A stretch of DNA of 64,000 bases from an uncultured Candidatus Saccharibacteria bacterium (GTDB taxonomy: Bacteria; Patescibacteriota; Minisyncoccia; Phycocordibacterales; Phycocordibacteraceae). The notes beneath the pieces were generated by a model. It was not told the origin of the DNA and ran no database searches. It was given only the letters and a program-made list of their open reading frames with translations. Shown here one piece after another: positions 1 through 8,362 of the stretch. Location of the stretch: contig CAYSUL010000001.1 of the NCBI GenBank assembly GCA_964434255.1, positions 27,720 to 91,719 on the forward strand. Direction: 5' to 3'. The position numbers and the translations under genes are program-made. Position 1 is the stretch's first letter. Each line of letters opens with the position of its first letter.

Positions 1-339
1 CTTCCCGGCTGGGATATCTCGCTCGTGTTCGCAGGAGAAGCGCGCGCGAAGCACTTGAATGAAGTGCTTCGCAACAAGGACTATGTCCCGAACGTACTCT
101 CGTACCAGTCGGGCCCGAAGTCGGGGGAGATAATCATTTGCCTAAATGAAGCGAAGCGGCAGGCGCCTTCGTTCGACATGAGCTACACGGTTTTCGTCGG
201 ATATCTTTTTATCCACGGCTGCTTCCATTTGGCCGGAAAGCGTCACGGCACTACAATGGAACATCAGGAACGAGCGCTTCTCGCTCGTCTCATCGATATT
301 CCCTCTTCTACTCATGCGACGCATCGCCACCGGCATTGA
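1..339 (+). CDS. ybeY: rRNA maturation endoribonuclease YbeY, 5'-truncated by window edge
   Basis: Frame-1 ORF open from nt 1. C-terminal metal-binding motif HGCFHLAGKRH (H-x3-H-L-x-G-x-x-H) is typical of YbeY. Overlaps ftsA start by 26 nt. Confidence 0.65.
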   Translation, partial: LPGWDISLVFAGEARAKHLNEVLRNKDYVPNVLSYQSGPKSGEIIICLNEAKRQAPSFDMSYTVFVGYLFIHGCFHLAGKRHGTTMEHQERALLARLIDIPSSTHATHRHRH

Positions 340-1480
340 TATCGGCACCCACCACACCAAAGTGGTGGTGGTCGAAGAGGTGCGCACTCCCGAAGGCCCT
401 ATCCTCCGCATCATCGGTACTGGGCTCTCGGAGACCCGTGGGCTGCGCCACGGGTACGTAGTGGACCCGGAGGACGCTTCCGCGAGCATACGGGCCGCAC
501 GCGAGCAGGCGGAGCAGGTAGCGGGGGTGCCAGTGAAGCGCGGGTTCCTCGCTATCGGCGGCATTAGCCTCGATGAGGTGCGAGCCCAGGGCGAGACCGT
601 CATCTCGCGGGCCGACCAGGAGATAACCGAGCTCGATATCGAGAAGACCCGCGAGACCGCGCGCCAGGCCGCTTCCCCTAACTTCCTCAACCGCACCGTC
701 CTGCATGAGATACCGCTCGAGTTCCGGGTGGACGGTTCCAAATCGCTCGGCGAGCCGGTGGGCATGAAGGGCACGCGCCTTGAAGCCGACTATCTTTTCA
801 TAACGTGCCTCTCGCAGCATGCGGACCTTCTCGAGAGCGTTACCGAGTCCGCGGACATCGAGGTCATCGACCGCATGGCATCTCCTCTTGCTGGTTCGTA
901 TGTCACCCTCACCAAGGACCAGAAGATGAAGGGCTGCGTACTTGCGAACATCGGTTCCGAGACCGTTTCCATAGTGGTGTATGACGAGGGACTTCCTGTT
1001 TCCGTAAAAGTGTTCCCCTTGGGCTCTTCCCACATCACTGACGACCTTGCGCTCGGATTCAAGGTATCGCTCGAGGACGCGGAGCGCCTCAAGCTCGGGC
1101 GTTTGTCCGGCAGCATGTACCCACGCCGCAAGGTGGAGGAGATAATCACCGCGCGGTTCCGCATGATATTCGATCTCATCGATAAGCACCTGAAGCAGCT
1201 CGGTCGTGGCCGCACGCTCCCGGCAGGAGTCATCATCTCTGGAGGGGGTGCGGGCCAAGGCCTCATCACCGATATCGCCAAGGGCACGCTCAACCTCCCC
1301 TCCCGTATCGCTGACATGCGCCTCACGACCGATGTGAAGGTCCGTGACGCCACCTGGGCGGTCGCGTACGGCCTCGCGCTCTGGGGACTCACCGGAGACA
1401 CCGAGACGACCACCAAGAAGCGGAGCGCCAAGGATATCTTCAATGGGCTGCAGGGATTCTTCCGTCAGTTCCTTCCCTAG
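314..1480 (+). CDS. ftsA: cell division protein FtsA
   Basis: 388 aa. N-terminus GIDIGTHHTKVVVVE is an actin-like ATPase phosphate-1 motif. Lies directly upstream of ftsZ. Confidence 0.9.
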   Translation: MRRIATGIDIGTHHTKVVVVEEVRTPEGPILRIIGTGLSETRGLRHGYVVDPEDASASIRAAREQAEQVAGVPVKRGFLAIGGISLDEVRAQGETVISRADQEITELDIEKTRETARQAASPNFLNRTVLHEIPLEFRVDGSKSLGEPVGMKGTRLEADYLFITCLSQHADLLESVTESADIEVIDRMASPLAGSYVTLTKDQKMKGCVLANIGSETVSIVVYDEGLPVSVKVFPLGSSHITDDLALGFKVSLEDAERLKLGRLSGSMYPRRKVEEIITARFRMIFDLIDKHLKQLGRGRTLPAGVIISGGGAGQGLITDIAKGTLNLPSRIADMRLTTDVKVRDATWAVAYGLALWGLTGDTETTTKKRSAKDIFNGLQGFFRQFLP

Positions 1481-1487
1481 GTACATC

Positions 1488-1515
1488 TTGCTTTTTCTGT
1501 ATTTCCGTGTATAAT
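1488..1515 (+). promoter_or_regulatory. sigma70-like promoter TTGCTT-N16-TATAAT for the XRE regulator gene
   Basis: -35 at 1488-1493, -10 at 1510-1515. GGTG RBS sits 5 nt before the ATG at 1576. Confidence 0.4.
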
Positions 1516-1575
1516 CATCGCTAGAGGTTCGTGTTCGATTCCTCTGTCTTTCAGATAAAATGAAAAGGTGTATAG

Positions 1576-2010
1576 ATGGCCGACGGTACCGGGATGCGTG
1601 TCATCCCCCAAGTTAACGAAGAAAACGGGCCCGATCCGATCGACGTCGCGGTGGGTCACCGCATCCGTGTCCGGCGTAAGTGGCTCGGCATCAGCCAGAG
1701 CACCCTCGCGGACCATCTGGGCGTCTCGTTCCAGCAAGTCCAGAAGTACGAGCGCGGCGCCAATCGCGTCTCCGCCTCCATGCTGGTGAAGATCGCCCAG
1801 AAGCTCGACACCTCGGTGGGCGAACTGGTCGGCGAGAATGGTGCGCCGAACGGCGACGAGAGCCTGAACAAGAAGCTGGCCATCCCCGGCGCCGTGCAGC
1901 TGCTCGAGGCCTTCGCCGGCCTCCTGCCCCAGCACCGAACCGCGGTCCTGACCCTGACCCGCTCGCTGAACGAAGCGTCCGGCGACGACCAGGTCCGGCG
2001 CGCCCGCTAG
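1576..2010 (+). CDS. XRE-family helix-turn-helix transcriptional regulator
   Basis: 144 aa. HTH segment LGISQSTLADHLGVSFQQVQKYERGANRVSASML is Cro/C1-type. Resembles ~140-aa alphaproteobacterial HTH regulators. Confidence 0.8.
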   Translation: MADGTGMRVIPQVNEENGPDPIDVAVGHRIRVRRKWLGISQSTLADHLGVSFQQVQKYERGANRVSASMLVKIAQKLDTSVGELVGENGAPNGDESLNKKLAIPGAVQLLEAFAGLLPQHRTAVLTLTRSLNEASGDDQVRRAR

Positions 2011-2177
2011 GCGCAAACCACGACAAGACTCATGAAGCGGCGCCCCGGCGCCGCTTCTTCTTTTATATAGCTGCTGCGTCAGGATATGACGTAGATGAAG
2101 GATTCTTTACGACAGAAACAGGATAAAACGCAAATTCCGCGACACAAGCACAGCACGCCTGAAAAAAAAGTCACTAT

Positions 2178-2204
2178 TTGCAAGCCGGTCGCAGCTGGTA
2201 TTAT
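2178..2204 (+). promoter_or_regulatory. possible ftsZ promoter TTGCAA-N15-TATTAT
   Basis: -35 at 2178-2183, -10 at 2199-2204. Spacing is short. Confidence 0.25.
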
Positions 2205-2238
2205 TGCCCCAGTTATTACCGGCCCCTAGATCCCCCTT

Positions 2239-3507
2239 ATGTCAAAGCGCGTAGACCCAGAGATAGAGACGTTCGCCCGCATCCGCGTCGTAGGAACCGG
2301 AGGTTCCGGCTGCAACGCCGTGAATCACATGATCAACTCCAAGGTGAAAGGCGTTGAGTTCATCGCCGTTAACACCGACGCCCAGGACCTTCACCGGTCG
2401 CTCGCCAAGAAGAAGATCCATATCGGCAAGAACCTCACCAAGGGTCTCGGTGCCGGCATGAACCCCGACCTCGGCCGGCGTGCTGCTGAGGAGACCCGCC
2501 AGGAAATCCAGGAGGCGCTCCAGGGTTCCGACATGGTGTTCATCACCTGCGGCATGGGAGGAGGCACCGGAACCGGTGCTGCCCCTACGGTCGCCAAGAT
2601 TGCGAAGGAGCTGGGCGCGCTCACGGTTGCAGTGGTCACCAAGCCGTTCACGTTCGAGGGACTTCAGCGCAAGGAGATCGCGGACCGCGGTCTTGCCGAG
2701 CTTAAGAAGGAAGTCGATGCGTTCATCGTCATCCCGAACGATAAGCTCCTCTCCATTGTGGAAGCGCAGACCACTGCCTCGAGCGCGTTCGCACTCGCCG
2801 ACGAAATACTTCGTCAGGCAGTCGAGGGCGTCTCCGACATCATCACGACGCCAGGAGAGATCAACACGGACTTCAACGACATCAAGGCCATCATGGAAGG
2901 GGCCGGTCCCGCACTCATGGGCATCGGTATCGCGGACGGGGATCGCCGTGCACAGGACGCTGCCGCACAGGCCGTCAATTCCCCACTCCTCGATGTCTCC
3001 ATCACGGGAGCCAAGGGCGTGCTCTTCGTCGTCGCAGGTTCTGACGACCTCGGTATCCTCGAAGTCCAGGAAGCGGCGAAGGTAGTCTCGGATTCGGTTG
3101 ATAAGAACGCGAAGGTCATCTTCGGTATCATGCGCGACGAGAAGCTCAAGAAGGGCCAGATCCGCATCATCGTCATCGCCACCGGATTCCCCGAGGGTGA
3201 GGGTGAGGGTACCCAAGGCGGTATCGAGCGCTCCCTCTTCGCAATGCCCGCAGAGGAACAGCAGGAGGCTCGTGGAAGCATCTTCAATGACATCATGAAG
3301 CGCCCGCAGCCTGCAGCTGAAGAAGTAGTGGTTCCAGTAATCACTATCGAGGACGAGTCCGTCCGCGAGGAGCGACGCGAGCCCGTCGTGACCGCGCAGC
3401 CGCAGAGGCGCGAAGAGGCGAAGCCCCTTACCCCACCCAAGGCCGAGGAGGAAGAGGACGAAGCGTGGGGAGCGATTCCTTCGTTTCTTAGGCGCCACAA
3501 AAAATAG
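2239..3507 (+). CDS. ftsZ: cell division GTPase FtsZ
   Basis: 422 aa. Tubulin signature GGGTGTG, disordered linker, and C-terminal peptide AIPSFLRR. Confidence 0.95.
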   Translation: MSKRVDPEIETFARIRVVGTGGSGCNAVNHMINSKVKGVEFIAVNTDAQDLHRSLAKKKIHIGKNLTKGLGAGMNPDLGRRAAEETRQEIQEALQGSDMVFITCGMGGGTGTGAAPTVAKIAKELGALTVAVVTKPFTFEGLQRKEIADRGLAELKKEVDAFIVIPNDKLLSIVEAQTTASSAFALADEILRQAVEGVSDIITTPGEINTDFNDIKAIMEGAGPALMGIGIADGDRRAQDAAAQAVNSPLLDVSITGAKGVLFVVAGSDDLGILEVQEAAKVVSDSVDKNAKVIFGIMRDEKLKKGQIRIIVIATGFPEGEGEGTQGGIERSLFAMPAEEQQEARGSIFNDIMKRPQPAAEEVVVPVITIEDESVREERREPVVTAQPQRREEAKPLTPPKAEEEEDEAWGAIPSFLRRHKK

Positions 3508-3586
3508 AGGTCCTTGGGATTCCGAATCCCAACCCTGGAAGACCTTTAACGGGTTGGATTCATGACCGTCGCTCCAGCGGAAAGAA

Positions 3587-3620
3587 GAACCCTCGGTAAT
3601 ACGAAGGTTCTTTAGCTGTT
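3587..3620 (+). terminator. stem-loop gaacc(c)tcg/cgaaggttc followed by TTTAGCTGTT
   Basis: Imperfect hairpin 80 nt after the ftsZ stop. Confidence 0.4.
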
Positions 3621-3713
3621 AGGGCACCTTAGTCATTGACTGAGGACAGTATATATGGTATACATGTAATACACACGGTGTGTGTTTCTGCTGCCCTTTC
3701 AAAGGAGAATGTA

Positions 3714-4046
3714 ATGCGTAATCAAGATGTTCGTCACGCACGATGGAATCCGGACGCGATTACCGGGATGTGGAAGTTCGCTCCTGGGGTCGATCCCCAG
3801 ATACTCGCGACACTGGCGCGCGAGTGGAAGGATTCCGCTCCGGACCGGTACAGCGATCTGCATGTTAGAAGCTGGGGTCGCAATCAGTTCGCGATCTGCT
3901 TCACCTACCGTAGCGCGTCCTCGTATCCGATGCGTCTGTACATCAAGAATATCCGAGATATAATCCAGTCCCACTTGAGCAGCTTTCATCTCGAGAAGGA
4001 GCTGATCGGTTGGGATATCACGCAAGGAGCGTGGTATATCGACTGA
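3714..4046 (+). CDS. hypothetical protein
   Basis: ATG at 3714 has an AGGAG RBS (3703-3707) at 6-nt spacing. The ORF track extends it to a TTG at 3636. AT-rich leader. No recognisable domain. Confidence 0.5.
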   Translation: MRNQDVRHARWNPDAITGMWKFAPGVDPQILATLAREWKDSAPDRYSDLHVRSWGRNQFAICFTYRSASSYPMRLYIKNIRDIIQSHLSSFHLEKELIGWDITQGAWYID

Positions 4047-4167
4047 CGCAAGAAATCCAGGGGCCTCGCACAATCCAGTGCGAGGCTCTTAGTTTTCCGA
4101 GATGTTGGTCTTCGTACGAATGTACGCAGGAGCAAGCGGAAAGTCTTTCGGGTATACTGACCGGACT

Positions 4168-5094
4168 ATGCACGATTTGATAATCATCGGAGGCGGGCCA
4201 GCTGGTATCGCCGCAGGGGTATACGCCGCAAGGAAGCGTTTGAAGTCCGTTCTGATCGCAGAGGAGATAGGTGGTCAGTCCACGGTCTCCGAGGGCGTCG
4301 AGAACTGGATAGGGACGGTGAAGATAGCGGGCCCCGATATGGCGAAGTCGTTCCGCGAGCACCTCGATGCGTATAAGGGAGATATCGTAGAAGTCATCGA
4401 AGGCGACCGAGTCGAGAAGCTCGAGAAGGCTGAGGGCGGGTTCATGGTCGCTACGCGCGATGGCAAGTCATTCACGGGACGCACGGTCCTCATCGCGTCG
4501 GGCGCTGGCCGCAAGAAGCTCCATGTCCCAGGAGCCGAGGCGTTCGAGAACAAGGGTGTCACGTACTGCGCCTCCTGCGATGGCCCTCTCTTCGCAGGAC
4601 AGGACGTAGCGGTGGTGGGCGGCGGCAACGCAGGCTTCGAGACTGCCGCGCAGCTCCTCGCGTACTGCAAATCGGTCACGCTCATCCATCGCCGCGATTC
4701 CTTCAAGGCGGACGCCATAACCGTCGAGAAGGTGCTCGCCCACCCGAACATGACCGCGCTCATGGATACCGAGCCGGTTGAAGTGAAGGGCGAGAAGTTC
4801 GTATCCGGGCTCGTGGTTAAGAATGTAAAGACGAGCGAAGTCGCCGAGCTTCCGGTCACCGGCGTGTTCGCTGAGATAGGGGTAATCCCTAATACCGACT
4901 ACGCCAAGGGCGTCGTCGAGCTCGATGAAGTAGGTCGTGTGGTTACGAACCAACGCAACCAGACGACGAGCGTTGAGGGCATTTGGGCCGCGGGCGACGC
5001 GACCGATGAGCTCTATCACCAAAACAACATAGCGGCGGGAGACGCGGTGAAGGCGCTCGAGGATATATACCAGTGGGTGATGCGGAATAAATAG
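4168..5094 (+). CDS. trxB: thioredoxin-disulfide reductase
   Basis: Rossmann motif IIIGGGPAGIAAG and redox-active CASCDG. Second NAD(P) site VVGGGNAG. Start chosen at MHDLIIIGGG. Confidence 0.85.
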   Translation: MHDLIIIGGGPAGIAAGVYAARKRLKSVLIAEEIGGQSTVSEGVENWIGTVKIAGPDMAKSFREHLDAYKGDIVEVIEGDRVEKLEKAEGGFMVATRDGKSFTGRTVLIASGAGRKKLHVPGAEAFENKGVTYCASCDGPLFAGQDVAVVGGGNAGFETAAQLLAYCKSVTLIHRRDSFKADAITVEKVLAHPNMTALMDTEPVEVKGEKFVSGLVVKNVKTSEVAELPVTGVFAEIGVIPNTDYAKGVVELDEVGRVVTNQRNQTTSVEGIWAAGDATDELYHQNNIAAGDAVKALEDIYQWVMRNK

Positions 5095-5110
5095 CCGTAT
5101 GAGGTAAAAG

Positions 5111-5140
5111 AAAAAGCCGCCCCATAAGGACGGTTTTTCT
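5111..5140. terminator. A-tract / imperfect GC hairpin / T-tract
   Basis: aaaaagCCGCCCcataaGGACGGttttt after the trxB stop. Confidence 0.45.
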
Positions 5141-5414
5141 TTGTGGGAGTGAAAGCTTATGCAGCCTCTGCCTCGCCAGTCTCCGTTGCTGCGTCCTCTG
5201 CAGGAGCAGCAACCTCTTCGTCAGTAGCCTCGGGAGCCGCCTCTTCGGTGACCTCACCTTCGGTCTTGATTTCGTCTTCGTTCATGTGTTGTGGAGAATG
5301 GCCCCATATACCCCAGAAGGGAAAAATATAAGGCCATCCAATGCTTAATTGGCTGGCAATTCGACCGATAGCTCAAGTGTACCAAATGTAGAGCTAAAAA
5401 AGCAATGAAGTGGC

Positions 5415-6602
5415 CTATGCCCCATTCATGTCCCAGATGAGGGCGGCGACGTTCCGGGGCTCGCCCGCAAACGGCAAGTGATGATTATCGAAGAACGGCA
5501 TGGAATTACACTCAAGTATCCCGCAGCGTTCCTGCTCGTTCCAGGGGCGGGAGATATCCTCGATGATGAAATCGAGCCCGACGATAGGGGCCTTCAGCAC
5601 TCTCGCTACCTCCTCGAAGAGCGCGATGTTGTATGGATGCACCTCGTCGGTCACGTCTGCGGTCGTTCCTCCTACGCTCCAGTTTATCTTCTGGTGGAGG
5701 ATTACCTTTCTTCCCTTCTCGGGCACAGACTCGAACACGAGGCCTTGCCATGCGAGCTCGGCTTCCGCTGCCTCATCGAGTTGTATTTTATGGAAATACG
5801 GACCTGAGCGCGCAGGATGCGTGTTCGCCTCCTCAACGAGGTCGATGATAGTTCGCGTGCCGTCACCGATAACGTACGGCTGATCGCGCCTAAGGGCGGC
5901 AGCGAACTTGCCGTCCACGACCGTGGCCCGATACACGGGGCCGACGAGCTCCTCCTCGATGACGACGCGAGGCGAGACTTCGTGCGCGATACCGAATGCG
6001 CTCGCGAGCTCTTCCTCGTTCGTTATGTGGAGCGTGGTGTGCCGGGACCCAGAACCCGAGTGAGGCTTCGCTATCGCAGGAGGCGTGAGGGAACGGAATA
6101 TTCTCCTCGCCTGCGCGAGCGTACGGGCATCGCCGCCCTTCGCTACCGGAAGCCCGAGCTTCCTGAAGCGCTTCTTCAGCTCCGCCTTATCATCCATCCA
6201 GTGCACGCGTTCGAGCTCGGACGCGGGGAGTGGTATGCCTTCGAAGACGATCTTCCTCCCGTCCGGAAGCCGGGCGAGGAATATGTTGCGGGGCAGGTTG
6301 AAGAGCCTGAACTCCTGCATCTCTATTCCCCGCTCCCCGGCTTCCCTCCAGAGCATGAGCGCAAGGAGCTGGGTACCGTCATCAGGAGCGGTGACACGCT
6401 TCGCGGCGCCCATAGAGATAAGGAGGTCGAGGAGATGCGGCGTTAGTGCGCGCTCGACGCGCTGTACACCACGCGTGATGAAATTAGATCCTTTCGGTAT
6501 GGGAATGAATCCTGTCGTCAGTTCATCAATCAGGATGCTGAAGTACGTGATGCGGTGATAGACGGCTCCCGACCCGCACTCGACGCATTCCGTTGGCTTC
6601 AT
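5415..6602 (-). CDS. ATP-grasp domain protein (RimK / cyanophycin-synthetase-like ligase)
   Basis: 395 aa. ATP-grasp C-terminal region (ILECNSMPF, LDFII). N-terminal CVECGSG is a possible zinc knuckle. Confidence 0.75.
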   Translation of the reverse strand: MKPTECVECGSGAVYHRITYFSILIDELTTGFIPIPKGSNFITRGVQRVERALTPHLLDLLISMGAAKRVTAPDDGTQLLALMLWREAGERGIEMQEFRLFNLPRNIFLARLPDGRKIVFEGIPLPASELERVHWMDDKAELKKRFRKLGLPVAKGGDARTLAQARRIFRSLTPPAIAKPHSGSGSRHTTLHITNEEELASAFGIAHEVSPRVVIEEELVGPVYRATVVDGKFAAALRRDQPYVIGDGTRTIIDLVEEANTHPARSGPYFHKIQLDEAAEAELAWQGLVFESVPEKGRKVILHQKINWSVGGTTADVTDEVHPYNIALFEEVARVLKAPIVGLDFIIEDISRPWNEQERCGILECNSMPFFDNHHLPFAGEPRNVAALIWDMNGA

Positions 6603-6617
6603 GATGCGCCCGGAATA

Positions 6618-6773
6618 TTACGCTGCGAAGAAAACGCCTAGGTAGTACGGCCAGAGCACGAGCGCGAGGACGCCGGGCCAGAATGCGAGGCCGAGATATC
6701 CGAGAGTGAACAACCAGCCCACTATCCATGCGCCTCCTGAAATGCTGTGATGCTCTATTTTGATTTTTTCCAT
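6618..6773 (-). CDS. 51-aa hydrophobic micro-protein (single TM helix)
   Basis: MEKIKIEHHSISGGAWIVGWLFTLGYLGLAFWPGVLALVLWPYYLGVFFAA. ATG lies 15 nt after the tRNA-Ser 3' end. Stop is 16 nt before the ATP-grasp start. Confidence 0.5.
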   Translation of the reverse strand: MEKIKIEHHSISGGAWIVGWLFTLGYLGLAFWPGVLALVLWPYYLGVFFAA

Positions 6774-6788
6774 ACTCTCAGTATAGCG

Positions 6789-6876
6789 TGGCGGAGGGGG
6801 GGAGATTCGAACTCCCGATACCTTGCGGTATGGTGGTTTTCGAAACCACTGCACTAGGCCACTATGCGACCCCTCC
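6789..6876 (-). tRNA. tRNA-Ser (anticodon CGA), CCA encoded
   Basis: 88 nt. Cloverleaf with long variable arm. Anticodon loop TTCGAAA. T-arm GGGAG-TTCGAAT-CTCCC. The 3' end reads ...CCCCTCC-G-CCA. Confidence 0.9.
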
Positions 6877-6951
6877 CGGAGGCTAACGTTCCGTATCCTA
6901 GCATTTTTGGCTCTAGAAATGTAGGATTTAAAAGTTCCGCCTTCAACAGAA

Positions 6952-7023
6952 GGCTCCATCGTCTAACGGTTAGGACGCGGCCCTTTCACGGCTGAAATCG
7001 GGGTTCGATTCCCCGTGGAGTCA
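6952..7023 (+). tRNA. tRNA-Glu (anticodon TTC)
   Basis: 72 nt. GGCTCCA acceptor, anticodon loop CTTTCAC, T-arm GGGGTTCGATTCCCC. No encoded CCA. Confidence 0.9.
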
Positions 7024-7238
7024 CATAGACAATTACTACGCCTCGACAGAACGATATCGTGCGAAGCAGAAAGGTCCCAAGGTGACTGCATAACACTTGA
7101 CAAAATATTTCACGTATAGTAGTCTACCTAGGTCAACGCAGCGCTGAGTAGTAGCAAGGATCGACTTTCGAATCCAGCCACCTGTCTTTGATGACTTACT
7201 CGCGTGCACTCTCTTACATCGCTATGCCAGAAGGAACC

Positions 7239-7442
7239 ATGGAAGAAGGAGTCATTGCCGGTCTTACCGACAAGGGCTTCGGCTTCATCAAGCGCGAAGG
7301 AGCGGAAAAGGATCTCTTTTTCCACTCCAATGAGCTCAAGAACGTAACGTTCGACGAGCTCCGCGAAGGTGACAAGCTATCGTTCGAACTCGCGGAAGGT
7401 CCGAAAGGACTTTACGCAGCGAACGTCAGCCGCGTCTCCTAA
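7239..7442 (+). CDS. cold-shock protein (CspA family)
   Basis: MEEGVIAGLTDKGFGFIKREG... carries RNP1-like KGFGFI. AAGGAA RBS at 7231-7236. Confidence 0.85.
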   Translation: MEEGVIAGLTDKGFGFIKREGAEKDLFFHSNELKNVTFDELREGDKLSFELAEGPKGLYAANVSRVS

Positions 7443-7447
7443 CCACC

Positions 7448-7471
7448 AGCGCCCCTTCGGGGGCGCTTTTG
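7448..7471 (+). terminator. intrinsic terminator agcgcccc-ttcg-ggggcgct-TTTT
   Basis: Perfect 8-bp GC stem, tetraloop, then a T-run, directly after the csp stop. Confidence 0.85.
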
Positions 7472-7490
7472 GTTCCGGCACCAAACGACT

Positions 7491-7970
7491 ATGGAAGCAA
7501 TCCGCGCTAAGACCGACATCCAAGCGCCTCTTTGGGAGGTGTATGAGATCATGTCCACGCTCGGCGGCCTCCGTAGCTGGCTCACGCGCGATGCACAGGG
7601 CGATCCTGCCAAGGGAGGCACGCTCACGCTCGGGTTCGGTCCCGAGCGGACGATGGTCATGCAGGTTGGTATCGTGCGCAAGAATGCGTACATCTCGTGG
7701 GTACTTACGGACTCTACCTTCCCCGCGTCCGGGTCGGGGCAGAAGACGAAGATAGTATTTCGCCTTTGCGAGGGCGAAGGACGCGGAACGAATGTCGACG
7801 TCGAGCATTCCGGCTGGACCGATACGAACGAGTTCTATCGAGTTAGCGGGTATCTCTGGGAGCAATCCCTCCTGAGCCTCAAGAAAGTGTGCGAGACCGG
7901 GCGCGGCGAACCTATTACGCCCGCAGTGCTCACCACGAAGAAGGCGACGGGATGGTTCCCGGTGATGTAG
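7491..7970 (+). CDS. SRPBCC-superfamily protein (polyketide-cyclase / AHSA1-like fold)
   Basis: 159 aa. Family assignment from overall pattern is tentative. Confidence 0.6.
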   Translation: MEAIRAKTDIQAPLWEVYEIMSTLGGLRSWLTRDAQGDPAKGGTLTLGFGPERTMVMQVGIVRKNAYISWVLTDSTFPASGSGQKTKIVFRLCEGEGRGTNVDVEHSGWTDTNEFYRVSGYLWEQSLLSLKKVCETGRGEPITPAVLTTKKATGWFPVM

Positions 7971-8019
7971 CAGTGCTGGTTGAATCCTGAACCCAAACAC
8001 GGTATTCTGCGGAAGTTCT

Positions 8020-8093
8020 GCGCGGTTAGCTCAGCTGGTTAGAGCGACCCCTTGACGTGGGGTAGGCCGGGGATTCGAATTCCTCACCGCGCA
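8020..8093 (+). tRNA. tRNA-Val (anticodon GAC)
   Basis: 74 nt. GCGCGGT acceptor, D-arm AGCTCAGCTGGTTAGAGC, anticodon loop TTGACGT. No CCA. Confidence 0.9.
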
Positions 8094-8180
8094 CACTTGG
8101 ATAAGTCGACGTAGCTAGTGCTAGTAGTGATACGCTCATATATGGAATTGGCGCCATTGAATTAATACAGGAGAAGTCTG

Positions 8181-8315
8181 ATGCCTTTCGGAAAGTGGAT
8201 CGACAGCTTCACCGGCAACTCGATGGCAGTCGTGTGGGCGCTCGGAGGAGTACTGGTAACTGCTGCCATCATCCTGCCCCTCACTCTCAAACGCGTGCGT
8301 GACCGCCGTCCGTAA
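8181..8315 (+). CDS. 44-aa membrane micro-protein
   Basis: AGGAG RBS 5 nt upstream. MPFGKWIDSFTGNSMAVVWALGGVLVTAAIILPLTLKRVRDRRP. Stop sits in the loop of the downstream hairpin. Confidence 0.5.
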   Translation: MPFGKWIDSFTGNSMAVVWALGGVLVTAAIILPLTLKRVRDRRP

Positions 8316-8324
8316 GGACGGCGG
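8303..8324 (+). terminator. hairpin ccgccgtcc-gtaa-ggacggcgg
   Basis: Perfect 9-bp stem. No T-run follows. Confidence 0.4.
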
Positions 8325-8362
8325 CTTCGCGTTCTCCCTCTAAATACGCTATAAACCTATAT

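Noticed and set aside
142-1486. Long minus-strand ORFs (142..774, 308..1486, 790..1443) antisense to ftsA, and similar antisense ORFs across ftsZ, lepA, groEL, valS and the giant protein gene
   Set aside because: High-GC genomes produce long stop-free antisense frames. Each overlaps a gene with a clear family signature, and they are Arg/Ala/Ser-rich low-complexity translations.
5143-5331. 62-aa Ala/Ser-rich plus-strand ORF
   Set aside because: Low-complexity, no RBS, lies in a terminator/3'-UTR region.
6618-6959. 113-aa ORF as listed in the track
   Set aside because: Its upstream two-thirds runs straight through tRNA-Ser(CGA). Only the last 51 codons, from ATG 6773, are plausible coding.
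7097-7120. TTGACA ... TATAGT as the csp promoter
   Set aside because: Spacing is only 12 nt. A promoter probably exists in the 190-nt leader but I cannot place it confidently.
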